The position numbers and the translations under genes are program-made. The notes beneath the pieces were generated by a model. It was not told the DNA's origin and searched no databases. It saw nothing but the letters and a program-made list of their open reading frames with translations. Positions 57,150 to 60,910 of a stretch of 60,910 nt of DNA are shown in pieces. Position 1 is the stretch's first letter. Every line of letters starts with the position of its first letter. The DNA comes from an uncultured Eubacteriales bacterium (GTDB lineage Bacteria; Bacillota; Clostridia; Lachnospirales; CAYPQA01), in NCBI GenBank assembly GCA_964412725.1, contig CAYPQA010000001.1, positions 1-60,910 on the forward strand, given 5' to 3'.

Positions 57150-59731
57150 ATCTGATTAACAATGCCACCTTTCAGTCTCAAACTCAAAGGCTTTCCGTTT
57201 ACAACCAGATTAACGTTGTGGACTTTCGCAGGAGTTGTATTCCATTCGCGGCTGTATATGCTTACTTCAATTCGCTCACCGTTTTTATATTGGGATGGGT
57301 CTTGGTCATAGTAACCCAAATCGGGCTCGCATATAGAAATTTTGCCGTTTGTTTCCATAAGCAAGATTGGGTGGTCAACCTTTTCAAGTGAACCACAGCC
57401 TTTAAACTTTTCAGGCTCAAATATTGCATAAAAATAGGTATCTTTAATCTTTATGATATGCGCTGCATTGTCCTTTTGAAGAACTTCGTAAGGCAGTTCG
57501 TCCGCACCATTTATTCCAATAGCGTACTGATACTCGGCACCTTTTGGCGCATAACCGTGATTTATATAACAGAGATTAAAACAGCCATGTGTTTCTCCGG
57601 AACCATTTTGGTTCTCTGAAAACTGTAAACCGTTTCGGTAAACCACGTTACCTGCATCCTTAAAATAGTATCTATGTTTGTCTTTGTCAAAGCTTGTCGT
57701 TTTTTGATAAACTGTTGTTATTGTTTCATATTCGTCAATATCGTTTTCTATGTCGCTACCAAGACAAACGACGAAATTATCATAGAAAAAGTTTGAAACC
57801 GTTGCTTTATGCCCCTTGTCATACTTTGGATGTCCTGCAATCTTCATTGCAAACATACCGTTTCTTCCATCATTGACGCCTCCTGCAAATGCTTGGTCGG
57901 ATATAAGCATTTCTTCAAAGCCGCTCTTGTTGTCAAGATTATAGACAGCAGAGCGCATTTTTTTTATGGGTAAGGAAACGGTGGTTGAACCCGGTATCTT
58001 TGCCCAGTCGAAACCAAGGTGATTGTAACCGCTCTGCTCCTGCGAGCCTTCCAAAATCTCAAAATGGTTATAACTTATATAACGCCCGTAAAGGTTAGCC
58101 GATTCATAGGTTTCGTTGCCCCAGATATATTTTGAAAAGCCTTTTACACTTACAAGCCAAGAATCACGTCGGTGGAAGGTTGCACAAGCGCTGTTCATTG
58201 TAAGATGACCGGTCGGGTGCATTTCAAAGTTGATTTTATTTTCGCTGATTTTATTATAGTATTCAAACGGTAACATCTTAAGCTTTCTTTCGCAATGCGG
58301 ATGTCTGCCGTTTAATGACACGGGGAAGTCCTCTCCGACGCAATAAAAACGCATGTTGTGCATTACGCGTGACAGGGTTTGCATGGAAAGCTCATTTACA
58401 GCGTATTCACTGCCGTGCAATGTATAGATAACGGGCATAATGCCGTTAAGACCATCCAAACCGTATGCAACATAATGTCCGCAATGGTGGAAAATACCGC
58501 CGTCCTCTTTCATAAGCCCTGTAAGCCCCTCTGTTGGCTTCATATACAAATTAAGCCAGCTTGTAAACTGTGAAAAGAACGGCTTATGATTATGCAAAAG
58601 CGTTATAATAAGATAGGCTTGTGACAATGTATTGAAGGTATCTGCGGTTACGCTGTTTGGTATAAATTCATCAATAAAGATTGTTCCATAGAAAGAGTAC
58701 CATTGCATAGCACGCAGTGCATGGTCAAAAAGACCTTCAGCTTTAAGAACATCCTCCATCAAAAACACAGTCGAATAGAAATTTCTCATACTGTAGTCAA
58801 TGTGGTGCAAAACGCCCATGGATGAGCCTTCGGCCAAGCCTTGGTCAAACAGATGACGGATTAAATCCAAGAAAACATCCTTTACAGAATGGTTTGCGTC
58901 TCTTGAATATAAAAGAGCAAGCTTAAGAAGAAGTTCGTTCGCCTCACGAACTCTTACGAACTTGTGGTTCTTTTCGTATTCGGGATAGCCGTAACGGTAT
59001 ATCTCATTTTGATTTATATATTCAATATGGCTATTTTTGTAAATATTTGCTTGGTTAATTAAAGCTTGGATTTCGTTTTCATTTATTTTGGGATTATCGT
59101 TAAATAAAGAATCTCTATATTTGAGCTTTAATATATCGCATAAATCATAAGGCTCGTTAGTTTCAACTGTTGGTATAAGCTTAAGTAAGTCAATCGGCCT
59201 TTCCTTATTTGCAAAGCCTACTCCGCTTTTGAGGTTGTTTTCGCCAACAAAAGGCACTTGAAATGTTGCAACCGCACTGCGCGGGTCAAAGATATTCGAG
59301 GTTACAAGTTGGTCTATGAAAAGCCTACCTGAACAGTTTGCGCTTAAGCAAAGCCTATCCATTCCAACGAGCGGCGTACCCTCCATATCAAAATCAAATC
59401 TTACAAAAACACTTCTCCAACCCTTGAAGTTTATGTTCATATAAAAGGAACAAGCCTTTTCTTCACCCTTGTAAAACTCAAACATAACCTTTTCATCAAC
59501 AGGTGTTTCGTTATAAACATAAACCCCGAATGCGGGTCTACGACTGTCCTTACCGTCACCCTTATCATCAAAATATCCTATGTCCGTATTAAACCAAAGC
59601 TTAGAACCGCTTTCAAACTGCCATAACAAACTATGGTTGCCGTCCTTTGAACGAACATCACAGCGTTCAATCGTGCAGTTTTCTGTCCTTAAAAGTTCCA
59701 ATTCCTTATAATTTTCAAATGAAAAAATCAT
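57146..59731 (-). CDS. Chondroitin sulfate ABC lyase-like polysaccharide lyase (PL8-related), no signal peptide
   Basis: 861 aa. By-eye alignment to Proteus chondroitinase ABC I: GNHSLLWQF, NFKGWRSV, DTFNTLSQ, FHHCGHYVAYG, NGRHP, GNETY, LYGRY, GFDWAKIPGSTTV. AGGGGGA SD. Confidence 0.7.
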   Translation of the reverse strand: MIFSFENYKELELLRTENCTIERCDVRSKDGNHSLLWQFESGSKLWFNTDIGYFDDKGDGKDSRRPAFGVYVYNETPVDEKVMFEFYKGEEKACSFYMNINFKGWRSVFVRFDFDMEGTPLVGMDRLCLSANCSGRLFIDQLVTSNIFDPRSAVATFQVPFVGENNLKSGVGFANKERPIDLLKLIPTVETNEPYDLCDILKLKYRDSLFNDNPKINENEIQALINQANIYKNSHIEYINQNEIYRYGYPEYEKNHKFVRVREANELLLKLALLYSRDANHSVKDVFLDLIRHLFDQGLAEGSSMGVLHHIDYSMRNFYSTVFLMEDVLKAEGLFDHALRAMQWYSFYGTIFIDEFIPNSVTADTFNTLSQAYLIITLLHNHKPFFSQFTSWLNLYMKPTEGLTGLMKEDGGIFHHCGHYVAYGLDGLNGIMPVIYTLHGSEYAVNELSMQTLSRVMHNMRFYCVGEDFPVSLNGRHPHCERKLKMLPFEYYNKISENKINFEMHPTGHLTMNSACATFHRRDSWLVSVKGFSKYIWGNETYESANLYGRYISYNHFEILEGSQEQSGYNHLGFDWAKIPGSTTVSLPIKKMRSAVYNLDNKSGFEEMLISDQAFAGGVNDGRNGMFAMKIAGHPKYDKGHKATVSNFFYDNFVVCLGSDIENDIDEYETITTVYQKTTSFDKDKHRYYFKDAGNVVYRNGLQFSENQNGSGETHGCFNLCYINHGYAPKGAEYQYAIGINGADELPYEVLQKDNAAHIIKIKDTYFYAIFEPEKFKGCGSLEKVDHPILLMETNGKISICEPDLGYYDQDPSQYKNGERIEVSIYSREWNTTPAKVHNVNLVVNGKPLSLRLKGGIVNQI

Positions 59732-59767
59732 TTTTTAGTCCCCCTATTTTTTTACTAATTATTTTTG

Positions 59768-60205
59768 TCATATCAATAATTTCAATAACTCTTTAAATTT
59801 CTGCTCAAATGCTTTATTTTGTTCAGCGGTTCGTTTTGGATTACCCTTTAACCGTCCGCCCATCATACGGATTTTCTTGGCTGTATGACGTTGCATAAGA
59901 AGAGCATCAATATTACCACTGTCATAAACCATACCGTTTTGGCTTATCACAACCGCTTCACGAGCAAGGCACATGGCGGCAAGCCCGTAGTCTTGAGTTA
60001 TTACTATATCACCTTTTTGAACCATGTTTACAAGTACAAAATCTACACTGTCTGCACCTTTGGAAACAATAATCGTTTCTGCTCCATCTTTTTCGAAGAC
60101 GTGAGAAGTGTCGCAGAGGATTAAACAATTTATGGAGTTCTGTTTCGCTAATCTAACTGCTATGTCTACAACGGGACAACCGTCTGCATCTATCAATACT
60201 CTCAT
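59768..60205 (-). CDS. YaiI/YqxD family protein (UPF0178/DUF188)
   Basis: 145 aa starting MRVLIDADGCPV, with the ITQDYGLAAMCL pattern typical of the family. Confidence 0.8.
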   Translation of the reverse strand: MRVLIDADGCPVVDIAVRLAKQNSINCLILCDTSHVFEKDGAETIIVSKGADSVDFVLVNMVQKGDIVITQDYGLAAMCLAREAVVISQNGMVYDSGNIDALLMQRHTAKKIRMMGGRLKGNPKRTAEQNKAFEQKFKELLKLLI

Positions 60206-60228
60206 GTTACATCAATTTATCTCCCTTT

Positions 60229-60399
60229 TTAAAGGTTTCTCTTTTGAAAAGCTCCTCTGATAAGCCTATATGCCATGCGCTTTTCGGGTTTGTATAAATA
60301 CAACATTCCGATAACAGCATCACATTCCGGACACTTAAGTACATTATCTGTAACCAATGCTTGATTATCGTAGATTCTGTCTGTAAACAGCCTAACCAA
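60229..60399 (-). CDS. Candidate small Cys-containing protein (56 aa), start codon uncertain
   Basis: Open frame (TTG)VRLFTDRIYDNQALVTDNVLKCPECDAVIGMLYLYKPEKRMAYRLIRGAFQKRNL*. An AGGAGG lies upstream but is too close to the TTG, and no ATG or GTG start is available. Confidence 0.3.
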   Translation of the reverse strand: MVRLFTDRIYDNQALVTDNVLKCPECDAVIGMLYLYKPEKRMAYRLIRGAFQKRNL

Positions 60400-60455
60400 A
60401 CCTCCTGAGCTTTCTTTGACGTAAGTTTATTATTTCTAAGCGCCTGTCCAAGGTC

Positions 60456-60910
60456 TTAAATTTTCCACCAATAACACGTATCGGTTTCCATATACTTTTT
60501 CATTCCATTTTTTATAATTACCTTTTGAGAAGGTATATTATCTTTTTCTGTTTCAGCAATAACGCCCTTAACTGTTTCTTGCGCTAATGCCCAGTTTATA
60601 GTAACCTTCAGCGCTTCTGTCATATATCCATTATTCCAGTACTCTGAATCCATACCATAGCCTATTTCCACATTTCCGTCATGATCAGGAAGACCCTTAA
60701 AGCACAGCCCTCCGATTATACGATTCTCGCTTTTGAGAATGATCTGCCAGTTAGTATACCAAACGTAGTTATCAGGTTCTTTCTTCGCCTGTTCATATGA
60801 CTCAGCAAACATTTTTGCAAAATCCTCGTCAATATTCTCTGTTGTTACTATAACTCCGAGATTCCTTAACATTTGTCCGTGCTTGTAAAGAAACAACCCA
60901 TAGTTCTCCA
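60456..60910 (-). CDS. GNAT-family N-acetyltransferase (RimJ/RimL-like), 5' end runs off the window
   Basis: GNAT motifs (IGGLCFKG..., VEIGYGMDSEYWNNGYMTEAL, NIPSQKVIIKNGM). The reading frame is still open at position 60910. Confidence 0.7.
   Translation of the reverse strand, partial: ENYGLFLYKHGQMLRNLGVIVTTENIDEDFAKMFAESYEQAKKEPDNYVWYTNWQIILKSENRIIGGLCFKGLPDHDGNVEIGYGMDSEYWNNGYMTEALKVTINWALAQETVKGVIAETEKDNIPSQKVIIKNGMKKYMETDTCYWWKI

Noticed and set aside
1-60910. I looked for CRISPR arrays, tRNA/rRNA genes, transposases, integrases, prophage genes and known defence-system signatures (Cas, RT, CBASS/Thoeris/Gabija-type domains).
   Set aside because: No repeat-spacer structure exists, and no non-coding stretch is long enough for an rRNA gene. 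No ORF has recognisable motifs of these families. The WYL regulator's neighbours look metabolic rather than defensive.

Overview
By gene content and order, this 60.9-kb window looks like chromosomal DNA from a low-GC, spore-forming Firmicute, probably Clostridia-like. All calls rest on by-eye motif recognition; I ran no searches. About 1-42 kb is conserved housekeeping: glyQS, prmA-rsmE-cysteine desulfurase-thiI, asp23-nusB-xseA-xseB, pfkA-secA-prfB, rluD-like, queG, yajC-mntP, an OmpR-type two-component system with a GerMN lipoprotein, asp23-yloV-recG-rsmD-coaD, a fused nadD-yqeK, an MCP, and a complete pstSCAB-phoU-phoPR operon with phased Pho boxes. About 42-61 kb is accessory. It holds a BlaI/BlaR1-like pair, a WYL (YafY-type) regulator beside flavin reductase, VOC and HAD genes, and an XRE regulator with an amidohydrolase. 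It also holds a dual-HTH LuxR-type regulator upstream of a 1,624-aa SLH-anchored mosaic surface protein. The last block is a co-directional array: GNAT, small Cys ORF, YaiI, chondroitinase-ABC-like lyase, DUF1284, LUD and an ANT(6)-like gene. I found no rRNA, tRNA, CRISPR array, transposase, integrase or recognisable defence system. The points most worth a second look are: (1) xseB interrupted by an in-frame TAG; (2) a prfB +1 frameshift site that uses UAA instead of UGA; (3) an M1-peptidase-like lipoprotein with REXXD in place of HEXXH, translationally coupled to glyQS; (4) a signal-peptide-less chondroitinase-ABC-like lyase coupled to a DUF1284 gene, with no polysaccharide-utilisation partners; (5) the regulator, partial paralogue and giant SLH protein locus; (6) several unannotated small ORFs and one unexplained non-coding block. 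I cannot point to one clear novel system, and the accessory-region ideas are hypotheses.
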